From: an uncultured Gammaproteobacteria bacterium
Lineage (GTDB): Bacteria; Pseudomonadota; Gammaproteobacteria; JAUZRS01
Assembly (NCBI GenBank): GCA_964615985.1
Contig: CAZTQX010000002.1
Span: 7,805 to 52,349 of the forward strand
DNA length: 44,545 nucleotides
Direction of reading: 5' to 3'
Below are positions 36,037 to 44,545 of the stretch, piece after piece. Under the pieces are notes generated by a model. The model saw only the letters and a program-made list of their open reading frames with translations, was not told the DNA's origin and did not search any database. The position numbers and the translations under genes are program-made. Position 1 is the stretch's first letter. Each line of letters opens with the position of its first letter.

Positions 36037-37302
36037 ATGTCACTGCTTGCTCTGGGTTTAAATCATAAAACGGCACCACTGGAAATTCGTGAGCGAGTCG
36101 CCTTTGCGCCAGACAAACTCCAACAGGCGCTCAACAGTCTGAAACAGGTTGAGGGTGTCCGTGAAGCTGCCATTGTCTCCACCTGCAATCGTACCGAACT
36201 CTATTGCTGCCTCCACGATCATTCGTCACAAGCGGTGATCGATTGGTTCCATCAGTACCACAACATTGATGCCGAGCAGATTACCTCCTATCTGTTTCAG
36301 CACCAAGATCGCGATGCGATCAAACATCTGCTACGGGTCTCCAGCGGCCTCGACTCACTGGTCTTGGGTGAACCGCAAATCCTTGGCCAGATCAAAACCG
36401 CCTACCAAGCCGCCAGCCAATTTGGTAGCCTCAACCAACAACTGAATAAACTCTTTCAACACGCTTTCAGCGTTGCCAAACAGGTACGCACCGACACCGC
36501 CATCGGCTCCAGTCCGGTCTCCGTTGCTTTTGCCGCCGTCAGTTTGGCCAAACAGATTTTTGGTGATCTAAAGCCCCTCTCCGCTCTGATGATCGGCGCA
36601 GGTGAAACCATTGAACTGGCGGTGCGCCATCTGCACGCCAACAACATCGGCCACATCACCATCGCCAACCGCACCGTTGAACGAGCGCGGACACTGGCCG
36701 ATGAGTTTGAAGGTGCCAACGCGATCAGTCTTAATGATATTCCCAACGTCTTACCACAAGCGGATATTGTCATCTCCTCCACCGCCAGCCCGCTGCCCAT
36801 CTTGGGCAAAGGTGCGGTGGAACACGCGCTCAAGATACGAAAACATCGCCCCATGTTTATGGTCGATATCGCCGTTCCACGAGACATTGAAGCCCAAGTA
36901 AGCGAACTGGACGACGTGTACCTCTACACCGTCGATAACCTGGAAGAGGTGATCGAAGAAAATCTGCAATCGCGCCGCGAAGCCGCCGCCCAAGCGGAAG
37001 AGATGATCGAAGCCCACGTCGAGCGTTTTATGGCTTGGCTGCGTTCTCTGGATGCCGTCGATACGATCAAATCCTACCGCCAGCAAGCACAAAAAACTCA
37101 GCAAGAAGTGCTAGAACAAGCACAAAGACGGCTCGCTCAAGGCCGTCCTGCGGAAGAGGTCTTGGATTATCTCGCCCACACCCTGACCAACAAACTGCTG
37201 CACACCCCCAGCGAGCAACTACGAACAGCAGGCCAAAACGGCCAACGTGAGCTGATTATCGCCGCTCGTGAACTCTTCAACATCAAAGACTCAGACACAT
37301 GA
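36037..37302 (+). CDS. hemA: Glutamyl-tRNA reductase
   Basis: [23 protein letters not shown], active-site [14 protein letters not shown] motif [14 protein letters not shown] 36037 matches the family N-terminus; the track TTG 36010 adds 9 unlikely residues. Confidence 0.94.
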   Translation: MSLLALGLNHKTAPLEIRERVAFAPDKLQQALNSLKQVEGVREAAIVSTCNRTELYCCLHDHSSQAVIDWFHQYHNIDAEQITSYLFQHQDRDAIKHLLRVSSGLDSLVLGEPQILGQIKTAYQAASQFGSLNQQLNKLFQHAFSVAKQVRTDTAIGSSPVSVAFAAVSLAKQIFGDLKPLSALMIGAGETIELAVRHLHANNIGHITIANRTVERARTLADEFEGANAISLNDIPNVLPQADIVISSTASPLPILGKGAVEHALKIRKHRPMFMVDIAVPRDIEAQVSELDDVYLYTVDNLEEVIEENLQSRREAAAQAEEMIEAHVERFMAWLRSLDAVDTIKSYRQQAQKTQQEVLEQAQRRLAQGRPAEEVLDYLAHTLTNKLLHTPSEQLRTAGQNGQRELIIAARELFNIKDSDT

Positions 37303-38387
37303 AAGCCTCAATTTTAAACAAACTGGAACAGCTTGCCGCCCGTCACGAAGAGGTCGGTATTCTGCTCTCCGAACCGGAGGTGTTAAGCGACCAAAATCGT
37401 TTTCGCAACCTCTCGATGGAATACTCTCAACTGGAGCCGGTGACGCAAAACTACAGCGCCTACCAACAAGCCCAAGAAGATCTCGAAAACGCCAATGAAA
37501 TGCTGGCGGAAGACGATGCCGAACTACGCGAGATGGCCAATGACGAGATCAAAACCGTCAAAGCTCAGTTGGTAGAGTTGGAAGTGGATCTGCAAAAACT
37601 GCTGCTGCCCACTGATCCGCACGATCAGAGCAACGTCTTTTTGGAGATTCGCGCCGGAACCGGCGGTGATGAAGCGGCGCTGTTCGCCGGAAATTTGTTT
37701 CGCATGTACAGTCGTTACGCCGAAAACCACCGCTGGCAGATCGAAATTCTCAGCGAACGCGAGGGCGAACACGGCGGTTACAAAGAGATCATCGCCCGCA
37801 TCATCGGCACCGGAGCCTATTCGCGGCTCAAATTTGAGTCCGGCGCACATCGAGTCCAGCGCGTTCCCGAGACCGAATCACAAGGTCGCGTCCACACCTC
37901 GGCGGCCACCGTGGCCATTCTGCCTGAGCTGGCCGCCATCGAAGAGATCGACATCAACCCCAGCGACCTGCGCGTGGACACCTTCCGCGCCTCCGGTGCC
38001 GGTGGTCAGCACATCAACAAGACCGACTCCGCCATTCGCCTCACCCATCTGCCCACCGGCATCGTGGTGGAGTGTCAAGACGAACGTTCGCAACATAAAA
38101 ACCGCGCCAGAGCCATGTCGCTGCTGCAATCACGCATCGTCGGTGAACAGCGTGAGAAACAGGCCACCGAGCAGAGCGAATCGCGCCGTTTGCAGGTGGG
38201 CAGTGGGGATCGTTCCGAACGCATCCGCACCTACAACTACCCGCAAGGGCGCATCACCGATCACCGCATCAACCTCACCCTCTACAAACTGGATGAGATC
38301 CTCATCGGCTCACTGGATCAACTCATCGACCCGCTACTGAGCGAGCATCAAGCGGATCAACTGGCGGCACTGAGTGAAACCTTTTAA
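37299..38387 (+). CDS. prfA: Peptide chain release factor 1
   Basis: GGQ motif [19 protein letters not shown] tripeptide ([10 protein letters not shown]), ATGA overlap with hemA. Confidence 0.97.
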   Translation: MKASILNKLEQLAARHEEVGILLSEPEVLSDQNRFRNLSMEYSQLEPVTQNYSAYQQAQEDLENANEMLAEDDAELREMANDEIKTVKAQLVELEVDLQKLLLPTDPHDQSNVFLEIRAGTGGDEAALFAGNLFRMYSRYAENHRWQIEILSEREGEHGGYKEIIARIIGTGAYSRLKFESGAHRVQRVPETESQGRVHTSAATVAILPELAAIEEIDINPSDLRVDTFRASGAGGQHINKTDSAIRLTHLPTGIVVECQDERSQHKNRARAMSLLQSRIVGEQREKQATEQSESRRLQVGSGDRSERIRTYNYPQGRITDHRINLTLYKLDEILIGSLDQLIDPLLSEHQADQLAALSETF

Positions 38388-38415
38388 GCCGTTGAGTAAC
38401 TAAATCATCACCACG

Positions 38416-39255
38416 ATGAACAACATCAAAAGCCACTTGGAACAGGCAAGCCAAACACTGCACAACAGTGACAGCCCACGTCTGGATGCTGAGGTGCTGC
38501 TCGGTTTTGTGCTGCAAAAACCGCGCAGTCACCTTTTTAGTTGGCCAGACAAAACCCTCTCTGAAGCACAACAACAGCACTTCACCACCCTCGTTCAGCA
38601 ACGTTACAACGGCCAGCCCATCGCCCATCTCACCGGAGAACGTGAGTTCTGGTCACTGCCGCTGAACGTCACCGCTGACACCCTTATCCCACGCCCCGAC
38701 AGCGAACTGTTGGTGGAGATCGCGCTGGAAAACCTGCCAGCTCAAGCCCGCATTTTAGAGCTGGGCACCGGCACTGGGGCGCTCTCATTGGCGCTGACCA
38801 GTGAACGCCCCGATGTGCAGATTATCGCCACCGACCGCTCCTCTGCGGCGCTACAAGTGGCAACGGACAACGCACAGAGACTGGGGCACAGCAACATCAC
38901 TTTTCTGCTTAGCGATTGGTTTGAGCAGATCCCCGCTCAGCAATTTGAGCTGATCCTCTCCAACCCGCCTTACATCGCCGCCGATGATCCTCATCTACAA
39001 CAAGGCGATCTGCGCTTTGAACCCAGCAGTGCTTTAATTAGTGAAAACAATGGGCTGGCCGATCTCAGCAAAATCATCCAGCAAGCGCCTGCCTTTTTAG
39101 CTCCTCAAGGACGTTTACTGCTGGAACATGGCCATCAACAAGGGAAAAAGGTGCGTAACTTGCTGGAAAAGTCCCAGTTCCAAAATCTGGGCACTCGATC
39201 TGATTTAGGCGCAAATGAACGTGTTACTCTAGCAGTCAGACCGCTCCGCCCATAA
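38416..39255 (+). CDS. prmC: Release-factor glutamine N5-methyltransferase
   Basis: SAM motif ILELGTGTGA and catalytic NPPY (LSNPPYI). Lies downstream of prfA. Confidence 0.92.
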   Translation: MNNIKSHLEQASQTLHNSDSPRLDAEVLLGFVLQKPRSHLFSWPDKTLSEAQQQHFTTLVQQRYNGQPIAHLTGEREFWSLPLNVTADTLIPRPDSELLVEIALENLPAQARILELGTGTGALSLALTSERPDVQIIATDRSSAALQVATDNAQRLGHSNITFLLSDWFEQIPAQQFELILSNPPYIAADDPHLQQGDLRFEPSSALISENNGLADLSKIIQQAPAFLAPQGRLLLEHGHQQGKKVRNLLEKSQFQNLGTRSDLGANERVTLAVRPLRP

Positions 39256-39287
39256 CATCCGCCAAGTTAGGCCTTGGAGTCATTTAT

Positions 39288-39680
39288 ATGCCAATCAAAC
39301 ATCGTGAAATAAGTTTTTGTCAACTCCACCCCGATCGCCAACAAGCGCGCAGCGCATCACTGTTGCTCTCCGATTTTGACGGCGTTTTAGAAGCGCTGCC
39401 ACTGGAAGACGGCCTGCACTTGCAGATCAGTTACAGCCTGCGAGAAACGTCACTGTTAGAGCTGGAAACCTTTCTGGAAGAACAGGGTTATCACCTCGAC
39501 AACACCCTACTGGCCAATTTGCGCCGCTCCCTTTACCACTACAGCGAAGAGACCGAAATTCATAACCGTTACCTCGAAGCAGAAAAAAACAGCACTCGAA
39601 GCGTCTTTATCAGCCGTTACACCCAGAGTGAACGGGGCTGCCGGGATCGTCGTCCAGGCCACTGGCGACGTTATCTCTGA
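39288..39680 (+). CDS. Hypothetical protein (130 aa)
   Basis: GGAG lies 8 nt before the ATG. It fills the prmC-moeB gap exactly, with its stop 4 nt before the moeB ATG. No motif recognised. Confidence 0.5.
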   Translation: MPIKHREISFCQLHPDRQQARSASLLLSDFDGVLEALPLEDGLHLQISYSLRETSLLELETFLEEQGYHLDNTLLANLRRSLYHYSEETEIHNRYLEAEKNSTRSVFISRYTQSERGCRDRRPGHWRRYL

Positions 39681-39684
39681 CCTT

Positions 39685-40428
39685 ATGAACGATGATCAAC
39701 TGCTGCGTTACAGCCGCCAGATTATGCTGCCCCAAGTGGGCATTGAAGGCCAACAGCGACTGCTGCAAAGCCACGTCACCCTGTTTGGCCTCGGTGGTTT
39801 AGGCGCACCCATCGCCATGTATTTGGCCGCTGCGGGCATCGGTAAGTTAACCCTAATCGACTTTGATCATGTGGAGCTGAGTAATTTACAACGCCAAATC
39901 ATTCACAGCAGTGAGGATCTGGGCAAAGACAAAGTGCAATCAGCCCGAGAGAGCTGCCTCAAGCTCAATCCTGATATTCAAATCCAGACCATCAGTACAC
40001 GCCCCGACGAGTCCCAACTGCCCAACCTCGTGCGTAACAGCGATTTGGTCATTGATGCCACCGACAACTTCCACAGTCGCTTTGCCATCAATCACGCCTG
40101 CGTATCCGAAAAAATTCCTCTGGTTTCCGGCGCGGCGATTCGCATTGAAGGACAAGTGAGTGTGTTTCGCAACGATCTGGATAACAGTCCCTGTTATCGC
40201 TGCCTCTACCCCGATTCTGGCGAAGAGGCGCAAACGTGCAGCGAAAATGGCGTATTAGCCCCTCTGGTGGGCATTATCGGTAGCATCCAAGCTTTGGAAG
40301 CGATGAAGGTTTTGATGAACATAGGCCATGAACTCAACGCACGCCTGCTGATCCTTGACGCACTGCGTATGGAGTGGCGCACAATGAAATTGCGCAAAGA
40401 CCCTAATTGCCCCGTCTGTGGCGAATAG
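39685..40428 (+). CDS. moeB: Molybdopterin-synthase adenylyltransferase (MoeB/ThiF family)
   Basis: LRYSRQIMLPQVGIEGQQRL, nucleotide loop LFGLGGLGAP, Cys pairs CYRC and CPVC. ATG 39685 gives the family N-terminus; the track start 39628 overlaps the previous ORF. Confidence 0.85.
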   Translation: MNDDQLLRYSRQIMLPQVGIEGQQRLLQSHVTLFGLGGLGAPIAMYLAAAGIGKLTLIDFDHVELSNLQRQIIHSSEDLGKDKVQSARESCLKLNPDIQIQTISTRPDESQLPNLVRNSDLVIDATDNFHSRFAINHACVSEKIPLVSGAAIRIEGQVSVFRNDLDNSPCYRCLYPDSGEEAQTCSENGVLAPLVGIIGSIQALEAMKVLMNIGHELNARLLILDALRMEWRTMKLRKDPNCPVCGE

Positions 40429-40682
40429 AAAAGCATTGCCTGCTAAGATCAGCTCTGGCAAGATTGCCCCTAACCTAGAAAAAACCCCGTTTGGCGCTTT
40501 TTTAGCCCTAAACTGATCAACTTTAAAGAAATTTAATTGAACCCATGGTTGCATCGCATTGAGTAATCAACACAACGTGACATTGCCCTCTGTTGGCAAC
40601 TGGGGAACATTAGATGGTTCAACCTCGTGCCGTTTTGGCACACCTTCACAAAAAACATCCTAGTACTACGGAGAAAAACGTT

Positions 40683-40994
40683 ATGAAAGCTGTCACTCGT
40701 TCTATGTCCATCGCCGCCGCTGTTGTCCTGACCCTGGGCTTAAGCGCATGTGGTTCTGATGGTGATAACCTCTCTGGTCTGCAAGATGAAATGGCGACCG
40801 TCTCTAAAACCGCCACCGATGCTGCCAGCAACGCTGAAGTGGCTCGTCGTGAAGCAGATGAAGCCAAACGTCTGGCTAAAGACGCTTGGACCAACTCTGA
40901 AGATGCCAAAACCATGGCCAGCGAAGCCCAAGCAACTGCTAACGATGCTAACGCACGCGTTAACAGTGCTTTCAAAGGCTCAATGATGAAATAA
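40683..40994 (+). CDS. Lpp/OprI-like alpha-helical outer-membrane lipoprotein ending in Lys (103 aa)
   Basis: GGAG RBS, lipobox LGLSAC. The mature part is rich in Ala, Asp, Glu and Lys (AEVARREADEAKRLAKDA..ASEAQATANDANARV), similar to Braun lipoprotein and Pseudomonas OprI. C-terminal ..GSMMK. Confidence 0.7.
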   Translation: MKAVTRSMSIAAAVVLTLGLSACGSDGDNLSGLQDEMATVSKTATDAASNAEVARREADEAKRLAKDAWTNSEDAKTMASEAQATANDANARVNSAFKGSMMK

Positions 40995-41002
40995 TTCATC
41001 TG

Positions 41003-41025
41003 CCGCCAAGGACGGCGGATTTTTT
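41003..41025 (+). terminator. Rho-independent terminator after the Lpp-like gene
   Basis: Stem CCGCC / GGCGG with a 6-nt loop (41003-41018), then A and TTTTTT (41020-41025). Confidence 0.65.
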
Positions 41026-41026
41026 A

Positions 41027-41971
41027 TCACAGTGGTTGTTTCAAAATTGGCACTGGGATACCCCGCCGTTCCAGCACCGCTCGTTTTACCGCTCGACCGC
41101 TGACCAACCCCAACTCTTCATGACCCACTCTGGCTTTATTGATCGCCTCCATTGCGGCATGACGTAACGTCTGTTCAATATGTTCATCCTCGTCCAATGG
41201 CGGATGCACCTCCAGATACAACATTCCCATAAACCAGCCTGCTTTGACCGGTTGATTAACGATGTTCACCTTGGTGTTCACATCCACCAGATCAAACAGC
41301 TCGGCAATGTCCTCAGGGTAAAAACGCAGACAACCGTGACTGACTCGCATCCCCACGCCAAAAGGTTTATTGGTGCCATGCATCAAGTAACCGCTCATGC
41401 TCAAGCGCAATGAATGTTGTCCCAAGGGGTTGTCTGGCCCCGCTGGCACCACATCGGGCAACGGCTCACCTTTCTCAAGCGCCTCTTTTTTAATCGAAGC
41501 GGGAGGGTACCAAGCGGGATCTTTGACCTTTTTGACGATGCGGGTATAACCCATCGGCGTTTTCCAATCCATCCGACCAATGCTGACGGGATAGGTAATC
41601 AACTTCGCCACCTCACCTACGGTGAGCGGTTTGGGATAATAGTAAACCCGCATCTCTGGCAAATTCAGCACCAGACCACGCCGTGGCGCAACGGGCAAAA
41701 TATAACGGGTTGGTAACAACACCGTCGTTCCGGCTCGTGGCAACCAGTGATCCACGCTCGGATTGGCGTGATCAATCTCGTTATGTCCTAGATCAAAACG
41801 CCGTGCGATGTCCGACAACGACTCCTCTTTTTGCGCCACCACCTCGCGCAAGCTACCGACCAGATCGGTGCCTACGGGCGGTAAAATCAGCTGTTCTGCA
41901 TGAGCAGGTGCGCCCATCAAGAACAGCAGCGCTGCGGGCAACGTGTTTACTTTCAAACCAAAAAATCTCAT
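41027..41971 (-). CDS. L,D-transpeptidase (YkuD/ErfK/YbiS family) with N-terminal LysM domain
   Basis: Catalytic motif MRVSHGCLRF. LysM-like LSDIARRFDLGHNEIDHANP. Signal peptide MRFFGLKVNTLPAALLFLMGAPAHA. GAGG lies 8 nt before ATG 41971; the track start 41992 adds 7 residues. Confidence 0.88.
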   Translation of the reverse strand: MRFFGLKVNTLPAALLFLMGAPAHAEQLILPPVGTDLVGSLREVVAQKEESLSDIARRFDLGHNEIDHANPSVDHWLPRAGTTVLLPTRYILPVAPRRGLVLNLPEMRVYYYPKPLTVGEVAKLITYPVSIGRMDWKTPMGYTRIVKKVKDPAWYPPASIKKEALEKGEPLPDVVPAGPDNPLGQHSLRLSMSGYLMHGTNKPFGVGMRVSHGCLRFYPEDIAELFDLVDVNTKVNIVNQPVKAGWFMGMLYLEVHPPLDEDEHIEQTLRHAAMEAINKARVGHEELGLVSGRAVKRAVLERRGIPVPILKQPL

Positions 41972-42068
41972 TAATACAACCTCATACAGCATATTTCAAA
42001 CCATAATAGAGACGTTATACCCTATCTGTTGTGCAATGGCCTTATTTTAGCGTATTCTTGCGATTTTC

Positions 42069-42542
42069 ATGGCTGAACTTCCCATCAAAATGCAAAAAAT
42101 CAACACCCTCTATCGAACCTTCACCCTCTCCACTCTGCTGCTTTTGAGCAGCGCTTGCAGCCTCATCCCCACTAAAAGCCCCCTATCTCCCATCGCAGCA
42201 GCACTGCCGCCAAAACAGTACGACTCTCCTTTGGAGCAAAAGGTCGATGAAGTGATGCAATGCATTCAAGAAAAGTGTGAACAGCAGCTCGAAAAACGCT
42301 TTGTACTCAAGGAAATGAGTTACGACAACTACAACCAGTGGGCGAGAACCGACATCGACTACCTGTTTGAAAACGCCAAGCTTCAGTGTGACAAACCCTA
42401 CCAAGATCTGCGCTGGGAGGCTCTGAAAAAACGCATGTCAGCCAAACAACTGGAGAACAGTTACAACAAGGAGGGCTTACAGATGTGCATTCAGAGCATT
42501 GCCAGCGGCTGGCGCAAGCAGCCGAAAGATGGGGCGAAGTGA
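42069..42542 (+). CDS. Hypothetical lipoprotein (157 aa) with four Cys in the mature part
   Basis: Lipobox LLSSAC after a hydrophobic stretch. No family recognised. The start could be the internal ATG (MQKIN). Confidence 0.55.
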   Translation: MAELPIKMQKINTLYRTFTLSTLLLLSSACSLIPTKSPLSPIAAALPPKQYDSPLEQKVDEVMQCIQEKCEQQLEKRFVLKEMSYDNYNQWARTDIDYLFENAKLQCDKPYQDLRWEALKKRMSAKQLENSYNKEGLQMCIQSIASGWRKQPKDGAK

Positions 42543-42562
42543 AGGTTTAATGATGGCCGTAT

Positions 42563-42994
42563 CTATTGGTTTAACCTGCCGTCTTCCAGTTGAGCTATCA
42601 CCATTTTTTTGATTTTGGTAGACGATGTTCGTGGATGGTATTTAATTTGAATTACTTTTTTTCCTTGCACATTAAAGTAGTTTTCCACATTCTGATTATG
42701 CGGCTTTCTGCCCCAGTCTTCGCCGATAACAAAAATATCCGCTTTAACTTCCTTACAAACCGTCAGATAATCCAATTCATGATATGGCAATACAATGTCC
42801 ACGCAACGCAGTGCTTGCAGCATTTCAATCCGTTGTTCAAGCGGCACAATAGGAATTCTGGGTTTGTACAGCTTGACCACCTCATCAGACGCAACACCAA
42901 CCGCAACCGTATCGCCCAGTGTGGCACAGTATTCCAACAAGGCCAGATGCCCAACATGCAACAGATCAAACGTACCCACCGTATAGACGACCAT
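42563..42994 (-). CDS. Cytidylyltransferase of the TagD / glycerol-3-phosphate- or phosphoalcohol-cytidylyltransferase family (143 aa)
   Basis: VYTVGTFDLLHVGHLALLE (HxGH nucleotidyltransferase motif) and C-terminal RTSSTKIK (RTxGISTT-like). AGGAG lies 12 nt before ATG 42994; the track TTG 43006 abuts the RBS. Confidence 0.85.
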   Translation of the reverse strand: MVVYTVGTFDLLHVGHLALLEYCATLGDTVAVGVASDEVVKLYKPRIPIVPLEQRIEMLQALRCVDIVLPYHELDYLTVCKEVKADIFVIGEDWGRKPHNQNVENYFNVQGKKVIQIKYHPRTSSTKIKKMVIAQLEDGRLNQ

Positions 42995-43062
42995 TTTTCT
43001 ATTCAACTCCTAAATTAAAACATTCACGCCATTATTTTTATCAAACTTTTCTTTTTATTTTT

Positions 43063-43716
43063 CTACATGAGTTTTGCACCGTAGATTGCCGTTATGCCAA
43101 GAGTATAAGCAGCCAAGATCCAAACATTAATTGGGTTACCAGACAGCTTGGGGGTTTTGAGTTGCGACACATTTAAAGCCGCCAGTGCTAAACCACTCAG
43201 ATACAGCACAACGGAAAATTCACCAACACTAAAAAACCCTTCGAACAAAAACACCGCAACCAGTATGAGATTATTATTATCCAGCGCCAAACCGGTGTAC
43301 TTCGACCCACCCGCAAGACCAAACACACTGAAATAACTCAATCTTATTGCGCTAGCGGAGAGCATTAAAAAAGCCCCCACCAAAAAAAAGGGCTCAAATT
43401 TTCCATAGCTGAGCAGAAGCACAGCCGGTGCAACGCCGTAACTCACAATGTCGATTAGGACATCAAGCTGCCCTCCAAAGGCACGGTCATCACCGGTTCG
43501 CCCCTTCATTCTTCGTGCAACAAGCCCATCAGCCCAGTCAAAGGCAACCGCCCAGACCATCCCAATCATGGCCGCTGAATAAACACCCAATATACTGAAA
43601 TAAATGGCCAATAACGTACAAGCCAAACCGGCCAAGGAACAGAGATTGGGCAGATCTTTTACATAAGAAAGAATCGTCGGCGGTAAGGCTTTGTTTTTCA
43701 CATCAACGGTCATCAT
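43063..43716 (-). CDS. CDP-alcohol phosphatidyltransferase family membrane protein (217 aa)
   Basis: DWADGLVARRMKGRTGDDRAFGGQLDVLIDIV, that is D-x2-DG-x2-AR-x12-G-x3-D-x3-D. Multiple hydrophobic helices. AGGA RBS. Confidence 0.85.
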   Translation of the reverse strand: MMTVDVKNKALPPTILSYVKDLPNLCSLAGLACTLLAIYFSILGVYSAAMIGMVWAVAFDWADGLVARRMKGRTGDDRAFGGQLDVLIDIVSYGVAPAVLLLSYGKFEPFFLVGAFLMLSASAIRLSYFSVFGLAGGSKYTGLALDNNNLILVAVFLFEGFFSVGEFSVVLYLSGLALAALNVSQLKTPKLSGNPINVWILAAYTLGITAIYGAKLM

Positions 43717-43744
43717 CGTTATCCTAAACTTTAAAAATCATTAT

Positions 43745-44401
43745 TTATATTCGCAATAAAACAGTCTCTAAGCTGTGCCGTGACTTAGGAATTTTTGCAT
43801 TAGGGTCATCATCAGGATGGTGATAACCAATCGCCAAAGCGACATCGCACTGATAACCTGCCAACTCTTTTACGAACTCCTGATTAACCAACTCCGTATC
43901 AATGCCCTCCATCGGCGTGGAGTCTATTTTTAGCCGTGCTAACGTGTGCAGCGTATTACCCAAAGCAAGATACGTTTGTGCTTTTGTCCAACCGCTGGTG
44001 TCTCCCGCTGCATCGGTATTCAACTCTGCAAACATAAAAACACCGAAGGCCTTTTCTCGCTCTTCTGCTGTTATGCGCTGATCCTCAATGGCTTTATCCA
44101 CCACTTTGGCGTAATCATCGCGCGTGTAACGGGGGTTGTAAGCAAAAAGAATAATCTGTGAGCTATCAAAAACATGAGACTGATTGTATTGATGCTTCTG
44201 AGCAAAGGTTTTACTCATGCGCTCTTTTGCTTCACGACTCTCAATCACCACGAATTTCCACGGTTGTGAGTTAATGGATGAAGCAGACAGGCGCATGGCC
44301 TCAAAAAGCACATTCAGATTCTCTTGAGACACTTTTTTATTGGCATCGTATTTTTTGGTCGCATGTCGCCAAAGCAGATCTTCTATGATCGGATGAATCA
44401 T
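43745..44401 (-). CDS. NAD(P)H nitroreductase family protein (NfsB-like)
   Basis: RHATKKYD..LNVLFEAMRLSASSINSQPWKFVVI is the typical nitroreductase N-terminal FMN-binding pattern. 218 aa. Confidence 0.88.
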   Translation of the reverse strand: MIHPIIEDLLWRHATKKYDANKKVSQENLNVLFEAMRLSASSINSQPWKFVVIESREAKERMSKTFAQKHQYNQSHVFDSSQIILFAYNPRYTRDDYAKVVDKAIEDQRITAEEREKAFGVFMFAELNTDAAGDTSGWTKAQTYLALGNTLHTLARLKIDSTPMEGIDTELVNQEFVKELAGYQCDVALAIGYHHPDDDPNAKIPKSRHSLETVLLRI

Positions 44402-44545
44402 CTATTGCTGGACTCCTAATGGGTTCCTGAGGGAGGGAATCTGAGTAAGGCTGAAAAAACTGAGGCAACAAGAGATTTACTCGTTTAAAAATAACGTAAC
44501 TACTCAGCCCACCGATAACGTGCAACCTATTGATAATAAAAGATA

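Noticed and set aside
40627-40641. GTGCC-GTTTT-GGCAC hairpin and a TGGCAC hexamer upstream of the Lpp-like gene, considered as a sigma54 promoter
   Set aside because: No GC dinucleotide at the required 12-nt offset from the GG. It is probably just a 5' UTR stem.
28021-40682. Upstream alternative starts given in the ORF track: TTG 28021, TTG 36010, 39628 and 40614
   Set aside because: Each extension overlaps the preceding gene or adds residues absent from the family N-terminus. Internal ATGs with RBS or stop-start coupling (28072, 36037, 39685, 40683) fit better.

Overview
Chromosomal segment of a gammaproteobacterium, about 44.5 kb. All calls are made by eye from the supplied translations, motifs and hand-folded RNAs; no database search was run. 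Most of the window is housekeeping. It holds guaB (partial), xseA and the pyruvate dehydrogenase operon aceE-aceF-lpdA. A long conserved block ychF-pth-rplY-prs-tRNA-Gln-ispE-lolB-TPR on the minus strand faces hemA-prfA-prmC-moeB on the plus strand, which is the gene order I recall from Pseudomonas. Six accessory or poorly characterised modules are interspersed. (i) A Doc/AbrB-type toxin-antitoxin pair is wedged between guaB and xseA. (ii) There are two paralogous Ig-domain lipoproteins; one is a 1241-aa chimera of Ig domains, a parallel beta-helix and a purple-acid-phosphatase-type metallophosphoesterase. (iii) An operon encodes a TonB-dependent receptor, then an orphan periplasmic binding protein, then a 1475-aa kinase-REC-REC-Hpt-REC-GGDEF-EAL protein. 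This is my top candidate for an undescribed signalling system. (iv) A block next to tRNA-Met carries cytochrome b561, a pseudo-receiver coupled to a membrane glutaredoxin, an enoyl-CoA hydratase, and a possibly sigma54-driven operon of a ThDP enzyme plus two citrate-synthase-fold proteins that seem to lack the catalytic triad. (v) An OprI/Lpp-like lipoprotein ending in Lys sits beside a LysM-YkuD L,D-transpeptidase. (vi) An AT-richer operon encodes a nitroreductase, a CDP-alcohol phosphatidyltransferase with a Pcs-like x12 motif, and a cytidylyltransferase. No CRISPR array, IS element, integrase, phage gene or rRNA was seen.
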